Source: Candidatus Omnitrophota bacterium (GTDB taxonomy: Bacteria; Omnitrophota; Omnitrophia; Omnitrophales; Aquincolibacteriaceae). From it: DNA of 64,000 nt. This document shows positions 36,593 through 45,075 of the stretch, piece by piece. The position numbers were made by a program, and so were the translations under genes. Numbering within the stretch: the first letter of the stretch is position 1; the number at the start of each line of letters is the position of its first letter. The notes beneath the pieces were generated by a model. That model had not been told where the DNA came from. It searched no databases and saw nothing but the letters and a program-made list of their open reading frames with translations. The DNA lies in contig PLLJ01000045.1 in the NCBI GenBank assembly GCA_003140935.1, positions 2,767-66,766 on the forward strand, in the 5' to 3' direction.

Positions 36593-36761
36593 TCTATACC
36601 TCCATTTATTCCATAAATCATTTAAGATTTTTTATCTTTGTAGACGGAATCGATCCTACTTTCTTTCGTAAGTCAACGGAACACCGTCTGGGGAAAGACG
36701 TTAACTCCCCAATCTTATAGACGCACTCTTCGTTACAGGCAAGGGGAAAAAAGAAACCGCC

Positions 36762-37211
36762 TCAAAGATATAAGGCGCAGACGAAGGCGAGGGCGCCGGC
36801 GACGAGGTTGGCCAGGGTGCCGATGAGCCAGCGCTGGAGGTTATAGGCGGCGATCCGGTTCCTCGCGCTCCAATAGTACATCGGGTCGAGGCCTTCGATA
36901 TGCTCCGGCGTTTTGACGATCAACGCCCACGCCACCCATTTGGAAACGAGCTTGAACGCGAGCCACCCGACGATGATCCTGGCGGAATGCGTGGTGAACG
37001 CGATATAGAACAGGACCACTTCGAGAAGCCCGAGGACTTTGCCGAAGACCGGGCTTACCTGGCCGATGAGGAACGCCTTGGCCAGCTTCTCGTCCACGCA
37101 GTGGTAGTCTTCGCGCTTTCTCAGGAGCCTGAAGAGCCCGCGGATCGCGAACGACAGGAGCACGGCGACGGACAAACCCACCACAAAATGTTTCAGCGCC
37201 AGAAGCTGCAT
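36762..37211 (-). CDS. Membrane protein, unknown (GC-rich host-like composition resumes)
   Basis: Three or four TM helices. Confidence 0.5.
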   Translation of the reverse strand: MQLLALKHFVVGLSVAVLLSFAIRGLFRLLRKREDYHCVDEKLAKAFLIGQVSPVFGKVLGLLEVVLFYIAFTTHSARIIVGWLAFKLVSKWVAWALIVKTPEHIEGLDPMYYWSARNRIAAYNLQRWLIGTLANLVAGALAFVCALYL

Positions 37212-37267
37212 GTGAATCCCCCCTTTTCTTTAAAAAGTTTTTCCGTTTTGGACTAGTACTGTTCTCC

Positions 37268-37412
37268 ATTTGATTTTCCGCCACAATTCTTCGGACGGAT
37301 CCGTCCTTTGGCGGATAGGGGTTAACAGCACTTGTTCTCAAAAAAAACTTAAAGGTTAACAAGTGCTGTCCAAGTCGCCCTTAATAAAATAAAAACGAAG
37401 ACTTGGGCCGTA
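37268..37412. repeat. Composite of an R2 palindromic element (ccgccacaattcttcggacggatccgtcctttggcgg) plus an R1-type H1 hairpin (gtccaagtcgcc...gacttgggc)
   Basis: Inverse-orientation match to 52722..52830. Confidence 0.7.
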
Positions 37413-37452
37413 CTGTGTACCGCATACCCTTAATTTCAAATGTGATGCGGTG

Positions 37453-37926
37453 CTAGAGACCTTGCTGCACGGGCGAGCTTGAGCCTCCGCTGCCCAGCAT
37501 AAAAGTATACTCCGTCGGTGACTCTGCGGAGACATGGACCGGCGTCTCTTTCGAAGCATAGCCCGTAGCACTCAGCGTAAGCAGGACCTGGAAACCGGAC
37601 TGCGGGAAAGGGCTTTTTCCGTCGAACGGGACCTGGCTCATTTCGCCGTCCTTGGTCATTCCGCTGAGCGTGAACCCCATGAAATCTTTCACGGGAAAGA
37701 ACGCGATCCCTTCCCGGTTAACCGCCGCCGTTCTCGTCACGTTAGAGGCCGCTAGCGTATCTCTCATTTCGATCTGTCCCGCGGAAGGCACGACGTTCCC
37801 CGACTCTTCACGCACGATGACCTTGAGCGAGGGCGCTGCCTCCTCAGCCTTCAAAGGCAGGGTCACGCCCCAAAAAACCAGGATCGCCAGTATCCATCCC
37901 GTTCTTAAGGTCCTCAGGTTTCTCAT
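37453..37926 (-). CDS. Secreted protein, unknown
   Basis: ORF track to 38037. Likely start MRNLRTLRTGWILAILVFWGVTLPLKA at 37926. Confidence 0.5.
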   Translation of the reverse strand: MRNLRTLRTGWILAILVFWGVTLPLKAEEAAPSLKVIVREESGNVVPSAGQIEMRDTLAASNVTRTAAVNREGIAFFPVKDFMGFTLSGMTKDGEMSQVPFDGKSPFPQSGFQVLLTLSATGYASKETPVHVSAESPTEYTFMLGSGGSSSPVQQGL

Positions 37927-37989
37927 CCTTTTTTTCTTTTCGTTTAAAAAAAACAGGGGACGGTCCATCGCGTGACGTCCGCCTCTAAG

Positions 37990-38027
37990 ACAAAAAAAGC
38001 GGTTCCCCTTTAAAAGGAAACCGCCGC
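37990..38027 (-). terminator. Rho-independent terminator candidate downstream of the SNase-fusion gene
   Basis: Minus strand reads ggcggtttcctttt-aaa-ggggaaccgc followed by a run of 7 T. Confidence 0.45.
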
Positions 38028-38207
38028 GAAAATGCAAAATACCAGACGTTGTAGCCTTTAAAGGTGCTGGATATCGGGTATTATATACCTCGATTCTTCA
38101 TGAACCCTAGCAAGTAATTCTGATCGAGAGTTGCCCGCCGTTGGCAGGTCCTGGCCGGAAAAAAACAGACGGCATTCAAGTGCGGCTTCATTTCCTTTCG
38201 CGCGCAG

Positions 38208-39560
38208 TCACCTTTGCATACGAACAGCGTGCCCTTTTTCCAGGAGTTCCTGGTTCACGTAAGTCCCGCCGGCCCAAATGTCGACCAGGTACCTGTCGTA
38301 TTTGTCGGACTTGACGGTCTTGATGAGGATTTGCGCGCTGATTTTTCCATCCGCCATTTTCAACATCTTCTCCATGGCTTCTTTCGCTTCTTTTCCTTCC
38401 TTGCTCACGAGCTCGGGGGCGTCGAGACCGCGCAGGCGCAGGGTCTGCACGCTGCGCACGCCGAAGCCCAGATCGACCACCGCTTCGATCGTGTCGCCGT
38501 CGAGAATGCGGAACACCCAGGCGCGGTAAGTAAAAAGGTCGGCGGAGGTCCGTTTCGAGAGTTTGATCAGATCCGAGGGCGCGGAACCCGCTCCCGGGAA
38601 CGCGGGCATCACTTCGATGATCGCCCCTTCCTTGAAACGGAGGTCCCGGGACGTCCGGTAATAATTGGAGAACCCGAGGTCGATCACCGCCTTGCCGGTC
38701 TCGGGGCCCGCGGCGGCTTTGACGATCTTATAAGTCCCGGGCTTCCCCGGCTTGGCCGTGAGCGGGGTTTCTTTCACCGGCGCCGGCGCCTCATTTTTCG
38801 CGGCCTTGCGCTTTTTCACTTCTTCACGTACCTGGTCGCGGGTCCAGTTTTCTTTTTCAGCCATGGCCGCGACCTCGTCTTGCTCCTTGATATCATTCAG
38901 CGAAAGAAGCTCCTCATAATGGCTCCAGCTCAATTTTCCCGCGGGCGGGGAAATCGGGTAATCGCGGGCGAACTGAAGCATGGCGTACAGCTGGGTCTCG
39001 CTGATGGGCAAGTCTCCGGACAATCTTAAGATCACCTGCTTGCCGTAATCCGCGCGCTCCTTGTGCTGGAGCACGTGCTCGTCGATCAGTTTGCCGATCT
39101 CCCACGCCTCGCGGACTTTTTCCTGTTGGGCGGCCTGCTCCACACGGGCCTCGCTGGCCGCGTGGGCCTTGCGAATGGCGGCGACGAGCTGCTCGTAAGT
39201 TCCAACCTGGGTCGCGAGCACTGTAGACGATGGTCCCAAATCGTCACCGGGCCGTGCCTGTTCACGGCGCTCTTCAGCCGTCCCTGTGGGACTGGGAACA
39301 GGCGAGGTCTGGACCTGCGGCGCGGGCACTGTAGACGATTGTCCCAGATCGTCACTGTGCCGTGCCTGTTCACTGGGAACAGGTGCGGGGACCGGCGGGT
39401 TCATCGAAGGGACCTGCCCTGAGCTTGCCGAAGGGGCCTGCGAAGACGAGGACTTCAAGTCCCCGCGAGCGTGCTGAGGAACCGGGTCCTCAGCCTGCAA
39501 GGACGGGGATATCCAGAGGAGCGTGAGGAAAATACCGAGGGTGATCGTCGTCGTCTTCAT
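38208..39560 (-). CDS. Secreted multidomain protein: signal peptide, low-complexity duplicated segment, YhcG/DUF1016-N-like helical domain, and C-terminal staphylococcal-nuclease (SNase)-like domain
   Basis: MKTTTITLGIFLTLLWISPSLQA signal. Two copies of ARxxDDLGxSSTVxAxQV. SNase-like GDTIEAVVDLGFGV...LRGLDAPE...DKYDRYLVDIWAGG. Confidence 0.65.
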   Translation of the reverse strand: MKTTTITLGIFLTLLWISPSLQAEDPVPQHARGDLKSSSSQAPSASSGQVPSMNPPVPAPVPSEQARHSDDLGQSSTVPAPQVQTSPVPSPTGTAEERREQARPGDDLGPSSTVLATQVGTYEQLVAAIRKAHAASEARVEQAAQQEKVREAWEIGKLIDEHVLQHKERADYGKQVILRLSGDLPISETQLYAMLQFARDYPISPPAGKLSWSHYEELLSLNDIKEQDEVAAMAEKENWTRDQVREEVKKRKAAKNEAPAPVKETPLTAKPGKPGTYKIVKAAAGPETGKAVIDLGFSNYYRTSRDLRFKEGAIIEVMPAFPGAGSAPSDLIKLSKRTSADLFTYRAWVFRILDGDTIEAVVDLGFGVRSVQTLRLRGLDAPELVSKEGKEAKEAMEKMLKMADGKISAQILIKTVKSDKYDRYLVDIWAGGTYVNQELLEKGHAVRMQR

Positions 39561-39680
39561 TCCAAAGGTCCTTTCTTCTATGTAAGGCGTACGGTGTACG
39601 GAGTACGGCGTCCCGCCTGTCGTTCCTGTTCAAAAAAGGCGGGGCAGTGCGTCCCAACCTTCCCATCCATTTTAAAGGCC

Positions 39681-39830
39681 GGTTGAGACTGTCCTAATAC
39701 TTATCAATTTCCGCGCAACGGAAATTGGGGCTGCCCAAGTCAGCCATTCTGGAAATGAAACAAAAGACTTGGACTGCACTAAACTTCATTTAAGCTTTAT
39801 GGGTTGTTCAGTGCGTCCGTTTAAGGAGTT
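39681..39830 (+). repeat. R1 structured intergenic repeat, second full copy
   Basis: About 90% identity to 14582..14735 across all three hairpins; its 3' end supplies the stop codon region of the adjacent gene. Confidence 0.8.
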
Positions 39831-40159
39831 TCCTGCGTCTCTTCCGGGTTCGTTTCTTCTTTTACCGGGGTCCCGAGGGGTTGGGCGGCCTCCAGATCGT
39901 CGATCCGGGATTCCAATTCCGCGTCCTGCCGGACCATGTACTTCATTTTGGAATCGTTCGTGTCGAGCCTGTTTTCCAATTGGCTTATTTTTGCCGCGAG
40001 GGCTTCCATTTTCGAGCCGCTCGCCTTGGCCTTGTTTTCCAATGCGTTCACCCTGGCCTCCAAAATGTCCGTACGGAAAGTATCCTCGACCGCGAGGACC
40101 CGGGTACCCGGAAGAAGCCCAAAGATCAGACAGAACGCGATTAGCAGTTTCTTCTTCAT
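39821..40159 (-). CDS. Secreted coiled-coil protein
   Basis: Signal MKKKLLIAFCLIFGLLPGTRVLA; heptad-rich body. Confidence 0.55.
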   Translation of the reverse strand: MKKKLLIAFCLIFGLLPGTRVLAVEDTFRTDILEARVNALENKAKASGSKMEALAAKISQLENRLDTNDSKMKYMVRQDAELESRIDDLEAAQPLGTPVKEETNPEETQETP

Positions 40160-40334
40160 TTCAGATCTCCTCTTTTTTTAGGGGATGCCTGCGGACAAAC
40201 GGGAAAGCCGGGGATAGAAGGAAGAACGTGAGGAGCCTGCCGGAAGGAGCTGTCTTTTTCATGACAAGAAGCCCAAGGTTCACGGAACGATAGACGGAGA
40301 ACGATCCGTGAGGCGTTCCCCGTTCGCACGGTTT

Positions 40335-40739
40335 CTAAATACTTTTCTGCGTTTCTTGCGGGTCCGTTCTTTTTTTAGATTTGTCCCCGGAGTTTTTCGT
40401 CTCGTTTTGGGCGGTCTCCAGATCGCTGACCCGGGATTCTAATTGGATCTCGTTCATCCGGGCCGCCAGGTTTCCCATTTTGGAGGTATTCGCGCCGACC
40501 CTGCCTTCCAATTGGTTCATTCTTGAATTTGAGATGTTCGCGCCGATCCTGCCTTCCAATTGGCTCATTCTTGACTCTAAGGTTCGCATCTTCGCGTCGC
40601 TCGCTTTAGCCTTCTCTTCCAATTCCTGCACTCTGTTGTTTACAGAGTACGTGCGGTTCGCATCATCGAACGCAAAGACCCGGGCACTTGGAAGAAGTAA
40701 AAAGACCAGACCGGACACGAGAAGTATTTTCTTGTTCAT
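40335..40739 (-). CDS. Secreted coiled-coil protein, tandem paralogue of 39821..40159
   Basis: Signal MNKKILLVSGLVFLLLPSARVFA; shares the EEKAKASxxKM...SQLEGR pattern and a similar upstream region (ttcagNtctcctttttt). Confidence 0.55.
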   Translation of the reverse strand: MNKKILLVSGLVFLLLPSARVFAFDDANRTYSVNNRVQELEEKAKASDAKMRTLESRMSQLEGRIGANISNSRMNQLEGRVGANTSKMGNLAARMNEIQLESRVSDLETAQNETKNSGDKSKKRTDPQETQKSI

Positions 40740-40830
40740 TTCAGCTCTCCTTTTTTATTTCATGAATGCGAACGGACGAGAAAGCCGGAGCTTCGTTTTA
40801 ATCTCTTAAGTTAAACCCGTTCTGCCGCCG

Positions 40831-41433
40831 CTAGTTCCCGGGAGGCGGCGAAACGGCCTGATAATAAACACCGTTCGCTCCGAAGTAGGGCCGGTACCAC
40901 GAAGTCCCGCATTGATAGGCCATGACATTATTCACATTGACGGCCGAACATACGCCCGGAAGCACCGAGACTTGAGTGCCTACCGGCGCCGCCGCGGGGA
41001 CGACCTGCTGGACCACGGTCGTTGCGGGTTGTTCCACCACGACCGTTGCCGGCTGCTGCTGCGCGGTCGCGGCCCCCACCATCGTCCCCATCATCATGCC
41101 GGCAAGGGCATCGTCGGCGGCTCCATATCCCCATCCGGGGCCCCACCCGCCGTTCCACCCGTCGACGGTGTAATTGTTGGTGGTGTTGCCGTTGTTATCA
41201 TTGTTGTTATTCCTTCGATGATTGTCTCCATGGTTCCACTGCCCGCCGTGGTATTCGCCGCTTCCGTGTTCCCCCGGCCTCTCACCGCGGCCTCCGCCGC
41301 CAAGATTTCCGCCGCGTCCGCCGCCGCTCCAACCCCCAACCCCGCGTCCGCCGCCCCGCGCATACGTATCGCCGGAGCCGAGCGAAAAGATCATCGCGAT
41401 CAACACCATCATTATAAGTTTATTGTTTTTCAT
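40831..41433 (-). CDS. Secreted glycine-rich protein (GGWSGGGRGGN..., Asn-rich stretch, two C-terminal Cys)
   Basis: ORF track to 41766. Likely start MKNNKLIMMVLIAMIFSLGSG at 41433, overlapping the upstream gene's end. Confidence 0.5.
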   Translation of the reverse strand: MKNNKLIMMVLIAMIFSLGSGDTYARGGGRGVGGWSGGGRGGNLGGGGRGERPGEHGSGEYHGGQWNHGDNHRRNNNNDNNGNTTNNYTVDGWNGGWGPGWGYGAADDALAGMMMGTMVGAATAQQQPATVVVEQPATTVVQQVVPAAAPVGTQVSVLPGVCSAVNVNNVMAYQCGTSWYRPYFGANGVYYQAVSPPPGN

Positions 41434-42328
41434 GACCGGGCTCCTCGCGTTGTTGGTCCGCAGTGCCGGAAGGAATTCCCCCGCCCTGCTGCATCGGATT
41501 GCGGAATTCGACCTTCGCCGCTTGGGTCGCGTTCTGGAACACGAAGGTCTCCGGAGGAACAGGTTCATCGATCTTCCAACCGCCGAATTCCACCAGGTAG
41601 CTCGGTTCTCCCGTGTTCTCGAGATAGGTCGCGCATACCAGCCGCGGCAGGTGGTCCTCGGTCCCAATCCAGATCTGCCACTCCACTCCCTGATTCGAAA
41701 ATGCCAGATGGTCGGTCTTGACGTTTCCCGCGCCCGACAAAGGCTGGAAAGTCGACTGGCCGACAAAAACGGCGCTGACCAGTCCTTCGGTCAGAATAGC
41801 GTACGGCTGGTCCCTGAGGATATCGGCATACGGAAAGGACTTCCCTTCTTCCTGGTAGGCTTTTTCGATCATGCTGTCCACCGTGCCGGGCGCCGCCTTC
41901 TCGGCATAAAGATTCTTCTCCGGCGCGTACGCCGTGATCGTCTTGCCGTCGAAATAAAAATCGTACGGGAAAAAATCGCCCCGGGTTTCCACAAAGAGTT
42001 TCCCGGAGCCTTCCTTCACGACCCGCGAGGTCCCGTAAAGGCTGACCCACGCCCCGCTCGGCGACTTGATCGGCTTCATACTTCGGGCTTCAAAACGGAA
42101 CGACTTTGCCTGAGAAAGTTTATCGCTCATGAGCTTAAGCGTATCGAGAGCGCGCGGGTCACGGGACGCCGCGACCGGTTGTGAGGACGCGGGTGCCGCG
42201 ACCGGTTGTGAGGACGCGGGTTGCGGAGCCGTTTTTGCGGGAGCCGCTTCTTCCGCCCATCCGGTACCGGCCGCTGCCACGAACACCGCCAGGCTGAACA
42301 CTCCTACCCAACATTTCTTTGAGAACAT
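41420..42328 (-). CDS. Periplasmic LolA-like/DUF2092-type protein
   Basis: Signal MFSKKCWVGVFSLAVFVAAAGTGWA; AGGAGGG RBS; profile consistent with LolA-fold DUF2092. Confidence 0.5.
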   Translation of the reverse strand: MFSKKCWVGVFSLAVFVAAAGTGWAEEAAPAKTAPQPASSQPVAAPASSQPVAASRDPRALDTLKLMSDKLSQAKSFRFEARSMKPIKSPSGAWVSLYGTSRVVKEGSGKLFVETRGDFFPYDFYFDGKTITAYAPEKNLYAEKAAPGTVDSMIEKAYQEEGKSFPYADILRDQPYAILTEGLVSAVFVGQSTFQPLSGAGNVKTDHLAFSNQGVEWQIWIGTEDHLPRLVCATYLENTGEPSYLVEFGGWKIDEPVPPETFVFQNATQAAKVEFRNPMQQGGGIPSGTADQQREEPGHEKQ

Positions 42329-42385
42329 AAAACCCTCCTTGATTGTTTTGAACCGCCCACCGCCCTTTTGACCCCGCGGAACAGG

Positions 42386-43660
42386 TTAAGCCCGTTCGCC
42401 GCGGATGAGATCCTGATAGGTCTCGCGTTTGCGGACGACCTTGAAGGTGCTGCCCTTGACCATGACTTCGCAGGCGCGGGGACGGGAATTGTAATTGGAG
42501 GCCATGGCAAAACCGTAGGCGCCCGCCGTCATGATCGCGAGGGGGTCGCCGGAGTGCATTTCCAGGAGTTCGCGGTTCTTCGCGAAAAAATCCCCGCTTT
42601 CGCAGATCGGACCCACCACGTCATAGACCCACGCTTGCGCTTTTTCATTTTTCACGACAGGCCAGATCTGGTGGAACGCGTTGTAGAAGGCGGGACGGAT
42701 AAAATCGTTCATCCCGGCGTCCACGATCACGAATTTCTTCATGTCGGTCTCTTTGACGTAGATCACCCGTGTCGCGAGGATGCCGCTATTGGCCGCAATA
42801 AAACGGCCGGGCTCGAAGATGAGCCGGAACTTTCTTTTCTTGAAGAGCGGGAGGATCTTCCGTGCGAACTCCTCCGCGGTCTGGGGATTTTCGTCGCTGT
42901 AGACCGCTCCCAGGCCGCCGCCCAGATTCAGGAACTTGATCTTGATCCCGCTTTCTTCGAGCTCGTCGATGAATTCCAGGATCTTCTGGAACGCCTCGAC
43001 GAAGGGGTCGCCGGTCTCGATCTGGGAACCGATGTGCACGTGGATCCCCGAGACCTGGGCGTGGGTGAAGCGCTTCACGTCCTGGAAGACCTCGCGGGCC
43101 TTTTCGAAATCGATGCCGAACTTGTTCTCGGCTTTGCCGGTCGTGATGTAATCGTGCGTGTGCGGGTCCACGTTGGGATTGATCCGGAGCGAGACGTTCA
43201 CTTTCTTGCGCATCTTCCTGGCGATCGCGTCGATCTGTTCGAGCTCGGGCACGGACTCCACGTTAAAGAGCAGGATCCGGACCTTGATCGCGGCGCGGAT
43301 CTCCTCGTCGGTCTTCCCCACGCCGGCGTAGACGATGTTCTTCCCCTGGCATTTCACTTTCCGGGCCCGGAAAAGCTCGCCCCCCGAGACGATGTCGAGG
43401 CCCGCGCCTTTTTTGACGAGCGCGCGCAGCACCGCCAGGTTCGAGTTCGCTTTGACGGAATAGCAGAGGAGCGGCTTCGCGGAACGGAACGCCCGCTGGA
43501 GTTTCGCGAGGTGGTCGGTGAAGGTTTTGTGGCTGTAGATGTAGGCCGGCGTCCCGGTTTTTTTCAGGATCTTGCTGACGCGGACCTTGTCGCAGTAAAG
43601 CTCGCCCTGCTTGTAATAAAAATCGTGCATCTTCTCTTCGTGAAAATCGGTCGGGGGCAT
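42386..43660 (-). CDS. lysA: Diaminopimelate decarboxylase
   Basis: YSVKANSN, HVHIGSQ, GGGLG, EPGRF, CESGD motifs. Confidence 0.9.
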   Translation of the reverse strand: MPPTDFHEEKMHDFYYKQGELYCDKVRVSKILKKTGTPAYIYSHKTFTDHLAKLQRAFRSAKPLLCYSVKANSNLAVLRALVKKGAGLDIVSGGELFRARKVKCQGKNIVYAGVGKTDEEIRAAIKVRILLFNVESVPELEQIDAIARKMRKKVNVSLRINPNVDPHTHDYITTGKAENKFGIDFEKAREVFQDVKRFTHAQVSGIHVHIGSQIETGDPFVEAFQKILEFIDELEESGIKIKFLNLGGGLGAVYSDENPQTAEEFARKILPLFKKRKFRLIFEPGRFIAANSGILATRVIYVKETDMKKFVIVDAGMNDFIRPAFYNAFHQIWPVVKNEKAQAWVYDVVGPICESGDFFAKNRELLEMHSGDPLAIMTAGAYGFAMASNYNSRPRACEVMVKGSTFKVVRKRETYQDLIRGERA

Positions 43661-43661
43661 A

Positions 43662-45044
43662 TCAGCTCCTCAGGGTTTTCTTCCACTCCGCGATCGCCTG
43701 TTTCACGCGCGCGGGGTGCGTGCTTCCGATCGTCTTTTTCCCTCGTACGGATTCTTTTGCGTCAAAAAGGTCGTGGATGTCCGCGCCGAACTTGGGCGAG
43801 AACTTCCGCCATTCCTGGACGGACCACTCGCGGAGCCGCTTCTCGGATTCGATGGCTTGCCGGACGGTCCTGCCCACGAGCACGTGCGCCTCGCTGAACG
43901 GGACTTTTTTCCGGACGAGATATTCCAGGATGTCGGTCGCAAAAAGGCTGTCGTCGTCCAGGGACTTTAAAAGGGCCTTCTTGTGCCAGCTCGCGGAACC
44001 CACGGCCAGGGCCAGGAGCTCCAGAGCGGTCGCGGTCTTTTTCACGGCGTCGAAGACGCCCGGCTTGTCTTCCTGAAGATCGCGGTTATAGGAAAGCGGC
44101 AGGCCTTTTTGCACGGTCAGGATCGCCTGGAGATAACCGAAGATCACGCCGGCCCTGCCGCGCACGAGCTCGAACACGTCGGGGTTTTTCTTTTGCGGCA
44201 TGAGGCTTGATCCGGTCGCGAACGCGTCATCGAGTTCCACGTAGCCGAACGCCTCGGAGTTCCAGAGAATGAAATCCTCCGAAAGCCGCGAGAGATGCGC
44301 CCACAAAATGGAAAGCACGCTCAGGAATTCGGCGAGGGACCCCCGGTCGCTCACCGCGGCGATGCTGTTGGCGGCAATGCCGTCAAACCCGAGCTCTTTC
44401 GCGAGGAATTTCTGGTCGATCGGAAGCGCGGACCCCGCGAGCGCGGCGGAACCGAGCGGCAGGATGTTCACGCGCTTGGCCGCGTCCTGAAGCCTCGACT
44501 TGTCCTCTTCGAGCATTTCGACATACGCCAGCAAATGATGCGCGAGCAGGATGGGCTGCGCCTTCCGGAGGTGCGTCATGCCGGGAATGATCATCTCTCC
44601 CGCTTTCTCGCCAGCGGTGATCAGACTCTTCTGGAGTTTCCGGATGCCGTCTTCGATCGCGACGATCTTCTCCCGGAGGTAAATGCGGGTCGAGGTGATG
44701 ACGAGATCGTTCCGGCTGCGCCCGGTGTGGATCTTTTGGGCCACCGCACCCGCCTTTTTCTCGAGTTCCATCTGGATGAGCGTGTGGATGTCCTCATACC
44801 GGTCGGCATAAACCGCGAGGTCCCGGCCTTTCAGGGACCGGATCACCGACTTGAGGCCCCGAAGGATCGCCTTGGATTCCGCGCCCGTGATAAGACCGAC
44901 CCGGGCGAGCATTTTCGCGTAGGCTTCATTGACGCGGACCTCGGCGTCGAAAAGTTCTTTGTCCGTTTCCAGCGAATAACTGAAGCACTTGAGCGCCGGG
45001 TGCATGTCCTTTTTAAATCGTCCGCCCCACATTTGTTTTGTCAT
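43662..45044 (-). CDS. argH: Argininosuccinate lyase
   Basis: MWGGRF..., GRSRNDLV, HLRKAQP, GSSLMPQKKNPD signature. Confidence 0.9.
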   Translation of the reverse strand: MTKQMWGGRFKKDMHPALKCFSYSLETDKELFDAEVRVNEAYAKMLARVGLITGAESKAILRGLKSVIRSLKGRDLAVYADRYEDIHTLIQMELEKKAGAVAQKIHTGRSRNDLVITSTRIYLREKIVAIEDGIRKLQKSLITAGEKAGEMIIPGMTHLRKAQPILLAHHLLAYVEMLEEDKSRLQDAAKRVNILPLGSAALAGSALPIDQKFLAKELGFDGIAANSIAAVSDRGSLAEFLSVLSILWAHLSRLSEDFILWNSEAFGYVELDDAFATGSSLMPQKKNPDVFELVRGRAGVIFGYLQAILTVQKGLPLSYNRDLQEDKPGVFDAVKKTATALELLALAVGSASWHKKALLKSLDDDSLFATDILEYLVRKKVPFSEAHVLVGRTVRQAIESEKRLREWSVQEWRKFSPKFGADIHDLFDAKESVRGKKTIGSTHPARVKQAIAEWKKTLRS

Positions 45045-45075
45045 GAGATCACCTTTTTTCCCGCCACGTACCGCG

